From Lentisphaerota bacterium (GTDB lineage: Bacteria > Verrucomicrobiota > Kiritimatiellia > UBA8416 > JAIOPI01), in the NCBI GenBank assembly GCA_021413965.1, contig JAIOPI010000003.1, positions 22,515 through 86,514 of the forward strand: a stretch of DNA of 64,000 nt. Reading direction: 5' to 3'. Shown here piece by piece: positions 48,204 to 57,355 of this stretch (positions are counted from its first letter, which is position 1; each line of letters opens with the position of its first letter). Under the pieces are notes generated by a model. It saw only the letters and a program-made list of their open reading frames with translations. It was not told the origin of the DNA and did no database searches. The position numbers and the translations under genes were made by a program.

Positions 48204-49340
48204 ATGGCATCGCGACGCAATCTCTCCATGCTGATGGCGCTCGTGGGGATCGTCATCTTCTTCACGCTGCATCCGCGCGGGGCGCATTTCCTGAGTGCGC
48301 AGAATCTGTCGAATCTGTCGATTGAGCTGTCCATCACGGCCACGCTTGCGCTGGGCATGCTGCTGGTGCTGCTGCCGGGCATGATTGACTTGTCCGTGGG
48401 CAGCGGCGTGGGATTGCTCGGGGGGCTGGCGTGCGTGCTGATCATCCGGTACGGCTGGGCGGCTCCGCTGGCGCTGGGCACGGCGACGGCCGTGGCGGTT
48501 GCCATCTGGTGGCTGATGGGCACCTTGATCACGCGGCAGCGTGTGCCGGCGTTCATCGTCACGTTGGGCGGTCTACTGGTCTTCCAGGGGGCGCACTGGC
48601 TGGTGATCGCCAACACGACGGTGCCGGTCACGCCGGGCGGCGTGGAGAACGTGTATGCGCTGCTGACCACCTACTATTTTTCACCGGCGTCCGGATTTGC
48701 GATTGCGGCGGCGGTCGGGGGCTGCCTGGTGGTGGCCGAGCTGCGCCATCGCGCGGCGCGGCGGCGTCACGGGTTCAAGCTGGAGGATGGCGAGGTGGCG
48801 TTTCTGCGGCTGTTTGTCTCCTTGCAGGGGCTGCTGCTGCTGATCCTGACGATGAATGCGCACAAGGGGCTGCCGCTGGCACTGGTCATCCTGGGAACGG
48901 TCATCCTGCTGGTCCAGGTTGCGACGCAGCGCACGCCGTGGGGGCGCCACCTCTATGCAATTGGCGGCAATGAGGAGGCGGCGAGGCTTTCCGGCGTTCC
49001 GGTGGAGCGCACGATCGTGGTGGCGTTCACGCTGCTGGGGCTGATCACGGCGCTGACGGGATTCCTGCAGACCGCGTACGGGGGCTACTCGACGACGACG
49101 GTTGGCAAGCTGATGGAACTGGATGCCATTGCCGCCTGCGTGATTGGCGGGACGAGCCTCAAGGGTGGGCGGGGAACCGTGATGGGTGTGGTCTTTGGGG
49201 CGCTGATCATGGCGGTGCTGCTCAACGGCATGACGCTGCTGGCGGTGAGTCCCGAGACCAAGTTGATCGCGCGTGGCCTGGTGCTGGGCGTCGCCGTGTG
49301 GATGGACGTCTATCTAGCCCGCCGTGCGGCCGCGGCGTGA
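48204..49340 (+). CDS. Sugar ABC transporter permease (XylH/RbsC type)
   Basis: RBS AAGGAG 8 nt upstream of the ATG at 48204; about 10 TM helices; motif VIGGTSLKGGRGTVMGV. Confidence 0.85.
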   Translation: MASRRNLSMLMALVGIVIFFTLHPRGAHFLSAQNLSNLSIELSITATLALGMLLVLLPGMIDLSVGSGVGLLGGLACVLIIRYGWAAPLALGTATAVAVAIWWLMGTLITRQRVPAFIVTLGGLLVFQGAHWLVIANTTVPVTPGGVENVYALLTTYYFSPASGFAIAAAVGGCLVVAELRHRAARRRHGFKLEDGEVAFLRLFVSLQGLLLLILTMNAHKGLPLALVILGTVILLVQVATQRTPWGRHLYAIGGNEEAARLSGVPVERTIVVAFTLLGLITALTGFLQTAYGGYSTTTVGKLMELDAIAACVIGGTSLKGGRGTVMGVVFGALIMAVLLNGMTLLAVSPETKLIARGLVLGVAVWMDVYLARRAAAA

Positions 49341-49391
49341 GCGAGGGCGTGGCGGGCATGGGCGCCGTTCGCGGCCGCGGCATGAGACCGG

Positions 49392-49985
49392 TCAGCGCTT
49401 TTCCTTGTACACGGTGTCGACAGCCAGCCCGGCGGCGAGCAGCAGCAAGGCGGTGGCTGGTACAGGTTCGTGGTCGAGGGCGATGACGTAGCTGTCTGCG
49501 GAGGTCAGCAACTCCCGGCCGATGCCCCCCCATTTCTTGGTAACGCTTCCCAACTGGTTGCCGGCCTTATCGAGGAGGCGGAAGCTCCAGCCCTTCCAGT
49601 CGCCCTTGACGAAGGCGACCTCCTGCCCGGAGACATCGAAAATGCGGAAGGCGCCGCCCAGCGAGAAGAGCTTGCTCTGGAGCCAGCCGACCACACGGCC
49701 GTTGCCGTCCACGATGTTGACCTTGGCGCGGAGCAGCGTGATTCCGCGCTGAATGGAGAAGATCATTTTTGTGGCGTCCTCGGCGTTGGCACCTTCATAG
49801 ACAAAGATCTTGGTGGGCAGCATCTGCTTGCTCACCAGCAGCCGGAGGATGTGGACGAGCACGCTGGGTTTTTCCTGAGCGATGCCGATGGTTTCCTGCG
49901 TTTCGGGATCCAGGATGTCGTAGGTATCGGCGAGCTTGATCAGGCCCACGCGTTCGCGGATGAAGAAGATTTTCCGGTTGAGCAT
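49392..49985 (-). CDS. Tubby-C-terminal-like / LURP-one-related (DUF567, scramblase-like fold) protein
   Basis: Repeated pattern KLFSLGGAFRIFDVSGQEVAFVKGDWKGWSFRLLDKAGNQLGSVTKKWGG typical of the LOR/PLSCR 12-strand barrel family. Confidence 0.45.
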   Translation of the reverse strand: MLNRKIFFIRERVGLIKLADTYDILDPETQETIGIAQEKPSVLVHILRLLVSKQMLPTKIFVYEGANAEDATKMIFSIQRGITLLRAKVNIVDGNGRVVGWLQSKLFSLGGAFRIFDVSGQEVAFVKGDWKGWSFRLLDKAGNQLGSVTKKWGGIGRELLTSADSYVIALDHEPVPATALLLLAAGLAVDTVYKEKR

Positions 49986-50104
49986 GCAGCATCCTTCGTT
50001 TTCGTGCGGTGCGGGCGTTAGAGGTAATAGTGGAATCCGACGATGATGTCGATCATGGGGCCGGCGCCGGTGGTGATCTCAGGGGGTGACCAGGCGTTCA
50101 GCGA

Positions 50105-50773
50105 TCAGACGTGGGCGAGGTCGGGGGCGGCGGCGCGCTTCGCCTTGACGTGGGGCTTCCAGTAGTGGGCGAAGCAGAGGGGGCAAATGCCGCCGGTGGT
50201 GTTGGGCGGCATGTGAGACACCCACGCCGGAATCCAGTCCCAGACGGCGGGACGTGAGGGGCGCTGCACGCGTCGGCAATGGGCGCATTGGGTGATGAGG
50301 CCGTCCTTCGTGCGGTAATGATTGGTGGTCGAGCCCGTACTCACGGGCTTGCGATCGACATGCACGTGCTCGCGTACGAGGCTGTTCACGACAAGCAGGC
50401 CGCGGCGCAGCGGGAGGGGATAGGCCGTCTGGTGGTACATGCGGTAGTGCTCGGCGCTGGAGCACTCGTAGTCGTAGTGCCAGGGGGTGCCGGTGCAAAG
50501 GGCCTTCTGAAAGGCCTGGAGGCAGAACTCGCGCAGGGGGCCGCACATGGCGTCGGCCACCGGGGTGTCGAGGTGGTAGTGCCTGGAGAGTTCCGGTTCG
50601 CCGTCATTGCGCGCGGCGAACATGCACCAGGCCGGATTGACATAGATGAGTTTGAGATCGGGCGACAGGGCGAAGATGGTGCTGGGATCCCGTTCGAGCG
50701 TAGGAAGATCAAACCCCTCGAGCAGATCTCGAAAGTCTGGACGATACCGATTCATGGCGGCCGCAGGCGACAT
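50105..50773 (-). CDS. Hypothetical PAS-like domain protein with a C-terminal Cys4 (CxxC...CxxC) cluster
   Basis: IFALSPDLKLIYVNPAWCMFAARNDG is PAS-like; the C-terminus has CAHCRRV...CPLCFAHY. Confidence 0.4.
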   Translation of the reverse strand: MSPAAAMNRYRPDFRDLLEGFDLPTLERDPSTIFALSPDLKLIYVNPAWCMFAARNDGEPELSRHYHLDTPVADAMCGPLREFCLQAFQKALCTGTPWHYDYECSSAEHYRMYHQTAYPLPLRRGLLVVNSLVREHVHVDRKPVSTGSTTNHYRTKDGLITQCAHCRRVQRPSRPAVWDWIPAWVSHMPPNTTGGICPLCFAHYWKPHVKAKRAAAPDLAHV

Positions 50774-50931
50774 GAAACCCCCCGATCATCGTTCCCGACG
50801 GGGGAATGTTAGGACGAGGTGGGCTGTCGGGCAAGTCAATTAGGATGGAAAACGACAGGCGAGAGGGGGGGAGGAGGGGGGATGCCGCCGGACTTGCGGC
50901 GCTCCGGGGCGCCGCAAATCCGACAGAGGCG

Positions 50932-51042
50932 TTACATGGGCCGCTTGGCCGTCTGCTGGGCCTGCTTCTGCTTGGCCGCGGCTTGCTGCTGCTGCTTCTG
51001 CTTGGTGATCTTGTCTTTGTCTTTCTTGCTCTTGTCGCCCAT
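50932..51042 (-). CDS. Possible 36-aa highly basic Lys/Gln-rich miniprotein
   Basis: MGDKSKKDKDKITKQKQQQQAAAKQKQAQQTAKRPM from the internal ATG at 51042; could be chance. Confidence 0.2.
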   Translation of the reverse strand: MGDKSKKDKDKITKQKQQQQAAAKQKQAQQTAKRPM

Positions 51043-51270
51043 GGCTTTGCTCCACTCGTTGTTCGGTTCGCTACGTGACGACCTGATCGGGTCGAGGTTA
51101 CTCGGGGAAGGCAAGGGGGGCAAGGGAATTGGGGCGGCCGTATAGCTGAACGGCTCGGTAGGGACGCCTCGCCCTACTACGGACAGCCGCGAGCGCATGG
51201 ATGTTGAAGGGAGGGGCCTTGTGGTGCTGACGTCGCTGGCGCAGGTGGCGGAGGTCGTGGGGGTGGGCGA

Positions 51271-52395
51271 TCAGTTGCCGCGCAGGCGATAGAAGCGGGG
51301 GCGCGTATCGGGGGGCGTGGGAACGGTGAGATTGGTGAGGGCGGTGCGCGGCGTGAAGGTGCAGGCGTTGCTCCATGCTCCCAGGGCGAGATGGGTGGCG
51401 ACTTCCAGGTGCTGTGTGGCACCAAAGCACAGACCCGTGACGGTGAAGACGAGCAGATTGGTGTCGAGAGCCACGTTGCTGAACGTGGCGGGTGTCTGCC
51501 GCGGGGCGAAGTGGATGGTCCAAGCGTGCGACACGCCCCATGGCTGGTCTTTGCGCATCGCGGCCATGTCGCACCAGCGGATCACGTCGATAGGCGGCCA
51601 GGTATCCAGGCATCCGTACTGACTGGCAGGCGTCGTGCGGTACCCGACGACGGTGACAAAGTGATCATCTTCGCCGTCGGCGTCGGAGTCGGTGAGAAAG
51701 ACCATGGGGCGTCCGGCATCGATTTCGCGAGTGAGCACGCCCCACGTCAGCGTGCCGTCGGCCATGTGCAGGTGCGCGCAGGTGACGGTATAGGCGGGCT
51801 GTCTCCATCGGACGTAGCTGGTGCAGGCATCGGCGATATCGCGGGCCAGGGTCCAGCCGTAGCAATTGCCGGCGGCGCTCCAGGAGGTGCGCGCAAAATC
51901 GGCGATGGAATCCGGCGGGTGTTCGTCGCCGGCGGGGGGTTCGGACTTGTCGGGGAGGACGCGGCCGTCGTAGTCGAGCGGCAAACAGTAGTCCTGGTAG
52001 TGGGCGGGTTTGTGCACGTTGCGGGAGGACGCGATGGCCTGGCTGACGTCTTCGGTTTGATTGGTGGCGTCGCCATCGAAGAGGTCGGGGTACCCGCGGG
52101 TGTCGTAGTAGGCGAGCGCCATGGCGAGGGAGGTGGGACCACAGCCATGGTGGTAAGCGAAGGCGGGCACATCCAGCAGGATGGTCGTGGCGAGCGGGGC
52201 CGGCTCGCGCGGGAGCGGGGCGGCGGGGCTTTTTGGGGCCACGCCCGGTGGCGGGAGCGGGCCGGTGCGGCTGCGGGGCTCCGGGGCGAGGCCTGCGACG
52301 GTGGGTGCGTTGGAGGGTGCAGGGGTCATGGGCGTCTGCGCCAGGAGGCGAGGCGTCATGGCGAGCAGCACCACCGTGAGGAGCGCGCCGCGCAT
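51271..52395 (-). CDS. Secreted papain-fold cysteine peptidase, C39-like
   Basis: Signal peptide MRGALLTVVLLAMTPRLLA; Pro-rich linker; catalytic-Cys motif FAYHHGCGPTSLAMALAYY characteristic of Peptidase_C39_2-type domains. Confidence 0.55.
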   Translation of the reverse strand: MRGALLTVVLLAMTPRLLAQTPMTPAPSNAPTVAGLAPEPRSRTGPLPPPGVAPKSPAAPLPREPAPLATTILLDVPAFAYHHGCGPTSLAMALAYYDTRGYPDLFDGDATNQTEDVSQAIASSRNVHKPAHYQDYCLPLDYDGRVLPDKSEPPAGDEHPPDSIADFARTSWSAAGNCYGWTLARDIADACTSYVRWRQPAYTVTCAHLHMADGTLTWGVLTREIDAGRPMVFLTDSDADGEDDHFVTVVGYRTTPASQYGCLDTWPPIDVIRWCDMAAMRKDQPWGVSHAWTIHFAPRQTPATFSNVALDTNLLVFTVTGLCFGATQHLEVATHLALGAWSNACTFTPRTALTNLTVPTPPDTRPRFYRLRGN

Positions 52396-52744
52396 AACGG
52401 TTCCATCCGGCTTTCAGGCTGCCGCGCTTCCGGGATGACGGCGCACGGGGCGCGCCGCGTGTGGGGAACGCGCGCAACCGATTCCATCGATATTTCGCAC
52501 CGGCGGGGCAGGGTCTGTCAAGCCGGAAGCGCCCAAAGGAGTCTCGATTTCTGCCGGAATCCCTGCCGGGCCGGTCGCTCCAGCATGGCTTGGTGCATGA
52601 TGCCGTTCGGACGGCACGCGAGGGGCTTCAGCCGATTGCATTCGGGCTGGGTGAAGGCTAAGATGCGGTGACAGCGCAGTAAGCGGACAAAATGAATGCG
52701 TTTCCTGGTGGATGTTCAGTCACCCGCATCGTTGGCCGAGACAC

Positions 52745-53062
52745 ATGCACGTGATTGAGCGAGCCAGATCGATCGCCAGGCGGTTCTCGCAAGAGCTCGA
52801 GTTCTATCGCCTGGTGTTGAAGCACCCTCGGACGCCTTGTGCATCACGCTGGTTTCTGGGTGCGGCCATCGCGTACGCCGTGTCGCCCATCGACTTGATT
52901 CCCGATGTTATCCCGGTGATTGGGCATCTCGACGACGTCGTTATCTTACCCGTTCTGATATGGCTTGCACGGCGACTGCTTCCCCAGGATGTGATTGCAG
53001 AGTGCAGGAATCGGCAGAAGGCGCATGAGACTGGCCATGCTCAAGCAGAAGGGGCCGGCTGA
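52745..53062 (+). CDS. DUF1232 (YkvA-like) small membrane protein
   Basis: Signature SPIDLIPDVIPVIGHLDDVVILPVLIW. Confidence 0.6.
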   Translation: MHVIERARSIARRFSQELEFYRLVLKHPRTPCASRWFLGAAIAYAVSPIDLIPDVIPVIGHLDDVVILPVLIWLARRLLPQDVIAECRNRQKAHETGHAQAEGAG

Positions 53063-53279
53063 GCGGGTTGTCGCATCGTTCCCTGCGCGATGGTTTGCTC
53101 TTCGCCCCGGCTTTCGGTATGGTAGTCGCCATGGGTTTGCCCTCCTTCATGTTGCACTCGTGTTACACTTGCCGCGGTTATATCCTCTGCAGCAAGAAAA
53201 ACACGTGCGTAACATGCACGCAGGGGCTCTTTTTAGGACGTTTCGAAGCGTCGCTAAAGGCCTGTCAACATTGATCCAT

Positions 53280-53353
53280 GCTCCGGTAGCTCAACTGGAC
53301 AGAGCAGCAGTTTCCTAAACTGCAGGTTGCGCGTTCGATTCGCGCCCGGGGCA
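53280..53353 (+). tRNA. tRNA-Arg (anticodon CCT)
   Basis: Hand-folded cloverleaf: acceptor GCTCCGG/CCGGGGC, D-arm GCTC-AACTGGACA-GAGC, anticodon arm GCAGT-TTCCTAA-ACTGC, T-arm GCGCG-TTCGATT-CGCGC, discriminator A; 74 nt; CCA not encoded. Confidence 0.85.
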
Positions 53354-53361
53354 CTCTTCGG

Positions 53362-53381
53362 CCCGCAAATAACCGTTTGCG
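53362..53381 (+). terminator. Hairpin immediately 3' of the tRNA (CCGCAAA-taaccg-TTTGCGG); no U-tract, so only a possible terminator or processing signal
   Basis: Seen directly. Confidence 0.3.
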
Positions 53382-53438
53382 GTAGCATCGCCTGAGATGT
53401 CCTTCTGCTCCTTTACCGGCCAATAAGGCCGGATCGGT

Positions 53439-53495
53439 TCTATCTCGTTAGGGTTTCGTTCCAGAAGGGGATGATAGATCCCCATCTATCTCGTT
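53439..53495 (+). repeat. 11-nt direct repeat TCTATCTCGTT (53439..53449 and 53485..53495) flanking a palindrome GGGGATgatagATCCCC (53467..53483)
   Basis: Seen directly, in a lower-GC 360-bp non-coding stretch between the tRNA and the hybrid HK gene. Confidence 0.6.
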
Positions 53496-53725
53496 CCCCG
53501 CTTGGGTGAGGCCGACACGTTGGGGACCTTGAGCGTATACCTCATCCTCCGTTGTCCCCAATGAAGACCACGAAGGATAGCGATCCCTGGCATGGAACGC
53601 TCATCCCTTTACCTGCGGCATTTCACCTTACACTTCTCAGTGCACCCGATTGAGCTTGCGGGCGGAGACCTGGGCGTGCTTTTCTGGGTTGGACGGCAGA
53701 CATTACGGCGGTCTTGGATCACGCT

Positions 53726-55816
53726 ATGCAAGCCAGTCACCATGTTTCTCCGCGACCGATTACGCTCCTGCAGGTTTACCGCCCGCTACCCGCGGTGGTT
53801 CGGTTCCTTCTTTTCACACTGGCCTATGCTGGCGGGGTTGAACTGGCCTTTATCCTCACCTTCCCGATCACGAATTTTCTGACCTTCTGGCCGGCGGGTG
53901 GGTTATTTGTCGCCGCGCTTCTGCTGGCCGATCGGCGGGACTGGCCCTTACTTTGCCTGGGGGCCTATGCGGCGACCACCCTGCTGGATGCCCTGCACGG
54001 TCGCAACCTGCTCGCCGGGCAGATGTACATCGTCGGGAACTGCAGTGAAGCACTGACCGGGGCCTGGCTTGTCCGCCACTATGTCGGGCAGCCCTCCATG
54101 GCCCGACTGAAGGACGTGATCGGCCTGACCGCACTTTCGGCCGTAGTGGGCACTGCTCTCTGCGCGACGATTGGCGTGAGTGCCAATGTAATGCTTTTGG
54201 GCGGCTCCGGTTTCTTCAACAAGTGGTTCCTCTGGTGGTCATCTAATATGCTGGGGGTGCTGGTCGTGGCCCCGTTCTTGCTCACCCTGTTTACCAAGGC
54301 GTGGAACCCGCGCCTGACTCGGCCGTCACGTATTTTGGAGTTCGGCATGCTGGCGGGTTTGATCATCGGTGCCGCTTGGCTGGTGGCTCAGTATATCCCC
54401 ACCTGGGGCCATCTCAGCATCGTCGTCGTCCCACTGATCATCTGGGCGGCCTTGCGCTTCGGGCCGTTCGGAGCTTCCGGCGTCAGCGCCCTGCTGGCCT
54501 TCATCTTGGTGTGGATCGGGGCACGCGGTCACGCGGCGCTACCGGTGCCCACGAGTGCCGACATCTGGCTGCTACAGGTCTTCCTGGCGGTCACGATCCT
54601 CGTCGGGCTGGTACTGGCGGCGGTCCTGGCGGAACGGGAAGCCGACCGTGAGGCCCTTCTGGCCAGCGAGACGCGGCTCCGCCAGTCGGAGAAGATGGAA
54701 GCCATCGGGCACCTCGCGGGTGGCGTCGCCCACGACTTCAACAACATGCTCACCTCCATCGTGGGAAATGCCGAGATGCTGCTGGATACCGTCAATCCCC
54801 AGGACCGGAAGTGCGTGGAAGACATCCTGAAGGCCGCCGGCCGGTCGGCGGACCTCACGCGCAAGCTGCTGGCCTTTGCACGCAAGGGCAAATACCGTTC
54901 CGTGCCGGTCGACCTGCACGCCGTCATCGTGGAGGTCGTCGCGATCCTGGCGCACAGCCTCGACAAGCGGATTGTCGTGAAGGAGATCCTGTCGGCCTCT
55001 CCGCCAACCACCCAGGGCGATCCGACTCAGATTCAGGGCGCGCTGCTGAACCTGGCGCTCAACGCCCGGGACGCCATGCCCGAGGGCGGCGAACTCACCC
55101 TTGCCACTGAGGTCGTGGAACTTAGCGCAGAGGATTGCCGGATGCCGCCGTTTGACCTCACCCCGGGACGATATATTGCCATTCGGGTGACCGATACCGG
55201 CAGGGGGATGGATGCCGACACGCTGTCGCATCTGTACGAGCCCTTCTTTACGACCAAACATGAGGGGGCCGGCACGGGACTCGGACTGGCCGCCGCTTAT
55301 GGCGCGATCCGCAATCATCATGGCGCCATTACCGTTGGCAGCGTGCCCCACCAGGGCACGACCTTCACGATCTACCTCCCCCTGCATGAGGGCGAAACGC
55401 AGGAGGATTCCAAACCGGCGGCCCCCGCATCGCCGGGCGTGGGGCACATTCTGCTTGTTGATGATGAGGAACTGGTGCGCGAGGTCGCCAGTCGCATGCT
55501 GCGTTCTCTCGGCTATCGCGTGACCCTGTGCTCGGGTGGCAAGGAGGCTATCGAGATCTACCGCAAAGACCAGCCGAACATTGATCTCGTGATCCTCGAC
55601 CTGATCATGCCCGACGTCTCCGGACGGGATACCTTCCGCGCCCTGCGCACCATCAACCCCGCGGTGAAGGCCCTCCTCGCGTCGGGACACAGCTTCAACA
55701 AGGACATGCAGACCGTGCTCGATGAAGGGGCGTTGGGGCTGATCGAGAAGCCATTCAGCATCGCCGGACTCTCACGTATGATCGCTCAAGCCATGGCATC
55801 TTTGGCTCCGTTCTGA
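53726..55816 (+). CDS. Hybrid sensor histidine kinase: MASE1-type polytopic membrane sensor + HisKA + HATPase_c + C-terminal receiver
   Basis: 8-9 TM helices in the first 300 aa; H-box HLAGGVAHDFNNMLTSIVGNAEML; N/G boxes LNLALNARDAM, DTGRGM, GTGLGLA; receiver ILLVDDEELVR...LVILDLIMPDVSG...KALLASG; ATG at 53726 (the track start 53714 is TTG). Confidence 0.85.
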   Translation: MQASHHVSPRPITLLQVYRPLPAVVRFLLFTLAYAGGVELAFILTFPITNFLTFWPAGGLFVAALLLADRRDWPLLCLGAYAATTLLDALHGRNLLAGQMYIVGNCSEALTGAWLVRHYVGQPSMARLKDVIGLTALSAVVGTALCATIGVSANVMLLGGSGFFNKWFLWWSSNMLGVLVVAPFLLTLFTKAWNPRLTRPSRILEFGMLAGLIIGAAWLVAQYIPTWGHLSIVVVPLIIWAALRFGPFGASGVSALLAFILVWIGARGHAALPVPTSADIWLLQVFLAVTILVGLVLAAVLAEREADREALLASETRLRQSEKMEAIGHLAGGVAHDFNNMLTSIVGNAEMLLDTVNPQDRKCVEDILKAAGRSADLTRKLLAFARKGKYRSVPVDLHAVIVEVVAILAHSLDKRIVVKEILSASPPTTQGDPTQIQGALLNLALNARDAMPEGGELTLATEVVELSAEDCRMPPFDLTPGRYIAIRVTDTGRGMDADTLSHLYEPFFTTKHEGAGTGLGLAAAYGAIRNHHGAITVGSVPHQGTTFTIYLPLHEGETQEDSKPAAPASPGVGHILLVDDEELVREVASRMLRSLGYRVTLCSGGKEAIEIYRKDQPNIDLVILDLIMPDVSGRDTFRALRTINPAVKALLASGHSFNKDMQTVLDEGALGLIEKPFSIAGLSRMIAQAMASLAPF

Positions 55817-56100
55817 CACCATCCTCCCATGATAATCGGCGGTGCGGAGGTCCGACGCATCTTAGAGCACGCGCCCGTCGTCTTCGGCAATGCAGATAAG
55901 GCGGCTGCTATGGGGGGGGCCTGGAATCCCTGGCCCTGACAGCGGTCGCATGGGCCACACCGGGGTATTTGCTCCGAACCTACAGTGGGTCGGCTCTGAC
56001 GGCAGCGATGGGGGCGGTTCGAGGTTCATGCCTTCGGGCGAATCAGCTACGCGGCGCCGTCGGGGTTCCATGACGATTGTGTGATGGCCTTGGCGCTCGC

Positions 56101-56240
56101 GAATCATCGGCGGTGGGAGACGGAGAGTTGCGGGCGGATGCTGACGGTGGGGATGGGCGGGCGGAGACGGATTGTGATGGGGAGGCGAAGGCAGCGGAGT
56201 TTGGCGGGGTGACTGGAGACGGGAGTGGGTGGCTGGGCGC
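56101..56240 (+). repeat. Purine (GA)-rich, C-poor tract with many GGG/GGGG runs; potential G-quadruplex-forming region in a 540-bp intergenic spacer
   Basis: Direct reading of the + strand: ggtgggagacggagagttgcgggcggatgctgacggtggggatgggcgggcggagacgg... Confidence 0.5.
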
Positions 56241-56352
56241 CAATAAGACCGCAACGCTTTGCGATGAAATCAGTTACCTAGAACATCCCCATCGCCCATA
56301 GAAGCGCCCGCTTGCCTTTCTCTTCCGCATCGGGCGTTGATCCCTTCGCGGA

Positions 56353-57336
56353 TCAATGCCCTTCCGACAGGCGCTTTGATCCTTCAATGACCTTGTGCCA
56401 GCCATAGGTGAGCGACACACGGAAGCCATCCATCTGGAGATCGCCCGGATCGCTGTCGTTGACGGTGGACATGTAGCCGAAGGTGAAGGCGAGGTTGTCG
56501 TTCACCTGATAACCAAGGGTGAAGCCGAGGCCGAGGGTATCGGTGGCATCGCCTTCTTCGCCGTCGCCCACGGTGGACGCGCCGCCGGTCATCCAGGTCG
56601 CATCGAGGGAAGCCCAATGCGTGACCGCCAGATCGCGCGTCAAATGACTTTCGAGCTGAAACATCGGATCCGTGCTGAGTGTTTCACCCAGATAGTCCGT
56701 GTTATCGTCGAACAGCCACAGCGATGGCACCGTTTCCAGCGTGGTGCGCTGACCGGGCACCCACGCGCCGAGCTGCCAGACCACCGGCGCGCCCACGCGT
56801 CCATACCAGCGGTTCTGGCCGATGTTCAGCGCCCGCTCGCTGTCGTACTCGCCCACTGGGAAGAAGACGTCGGCGATCAGATCCAGTGAGAACTTCGGCT
56901 CATACCGCATCATGTCAGGTATCCCCATGATGGCGCTGGGGCCGACCAGATTGATGCCAAACTCCAGCATCGGGTCGCCATAGCCCCTCGCACTCTCGCT
57001 GGCCGTCTTGCCACCCGCTTCGATGGTGGAGGACATCCGCCCCATGGTCTCGAGCAAGGCAATCGTGGCGGTGCGATCGAACAGAGGCAGCATCTTGGCC
57101 ACGCCGACCGTCACGACTTCCGCGTCGATATTGGCCTCGGGCGAGACCACATGGGCCGGGTCGAGGGGATTGGAGTTTCCGCTGATGTCCTGATAGATCA
57201 CCGGGACAGCGTTGGCGCCAGCCAGGCTTTTCCAATAGAAGCGCGGCGGCGCCTGCGCGAGGGCGAGCATCGGACAGAAGGCCGCCAAGGCGACGAGGGC
57301 GAGCGAGCATCGAAGAGTGGTGTTCATAGTTTTCAT
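56353..57336 (-). CDS. Outer-membrane beta-barrel channel protein (MetA-pathway/'transporter' OMP family-like)
   Basis: Signal peptide MKTMNTTLRCSLALVALAAFCPMLALA; alternating amphipathic beta-strands; C-terminal aromatic-rich ...VSLTYGWH; 20 nt downstream of the sulfatase gene. Confidence 0.55.
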   Translation of the reverse strand: MKTMNTTLRCSLALVALAAFCPMLALAQAPPRFYWKSLAGANAVPVIYQDISGNSNPLDPAHVVSPEANIDAEVVTVGVAKMLPLFDRTATIALLETMGRMSSTIEAGGKTASESARGYGDPMLEFGINLVGPSAIMGIPDMMRYEPKFSLDLIADVFFPVGEYDSERALNIGQNRWYGRVGAPVVWQLGAWVPGQRTTLETVPSLWLFDDNTDYLGETLSTDPMFQLESHLTRDLAVTHWASLDATWMTGGASTVGDGEEGDATDTLGLGFTLGYQVNDNLAFTFGYMSTVNDSDPGDLQMDGFRVSLTYGWHKVIEGSKRLSEGH

Positions 57337-57355
57337 GGTAGTTCCTCGTTAAGGC

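Noticed and set aside
53362-53381. Rho-independent terminator after tRNA-Arg
   Set aside because: Good 7-bp GC-rich stem but no following U-tract; kept only as a low-confidence hairpin.
55862-56254. Pro/His-rich minus-strand ORFs in the 55817-56352 spacer
   Set aside because: They are the complement of the G/A-rich tract; low complexity and no start context; treated as non-coding.
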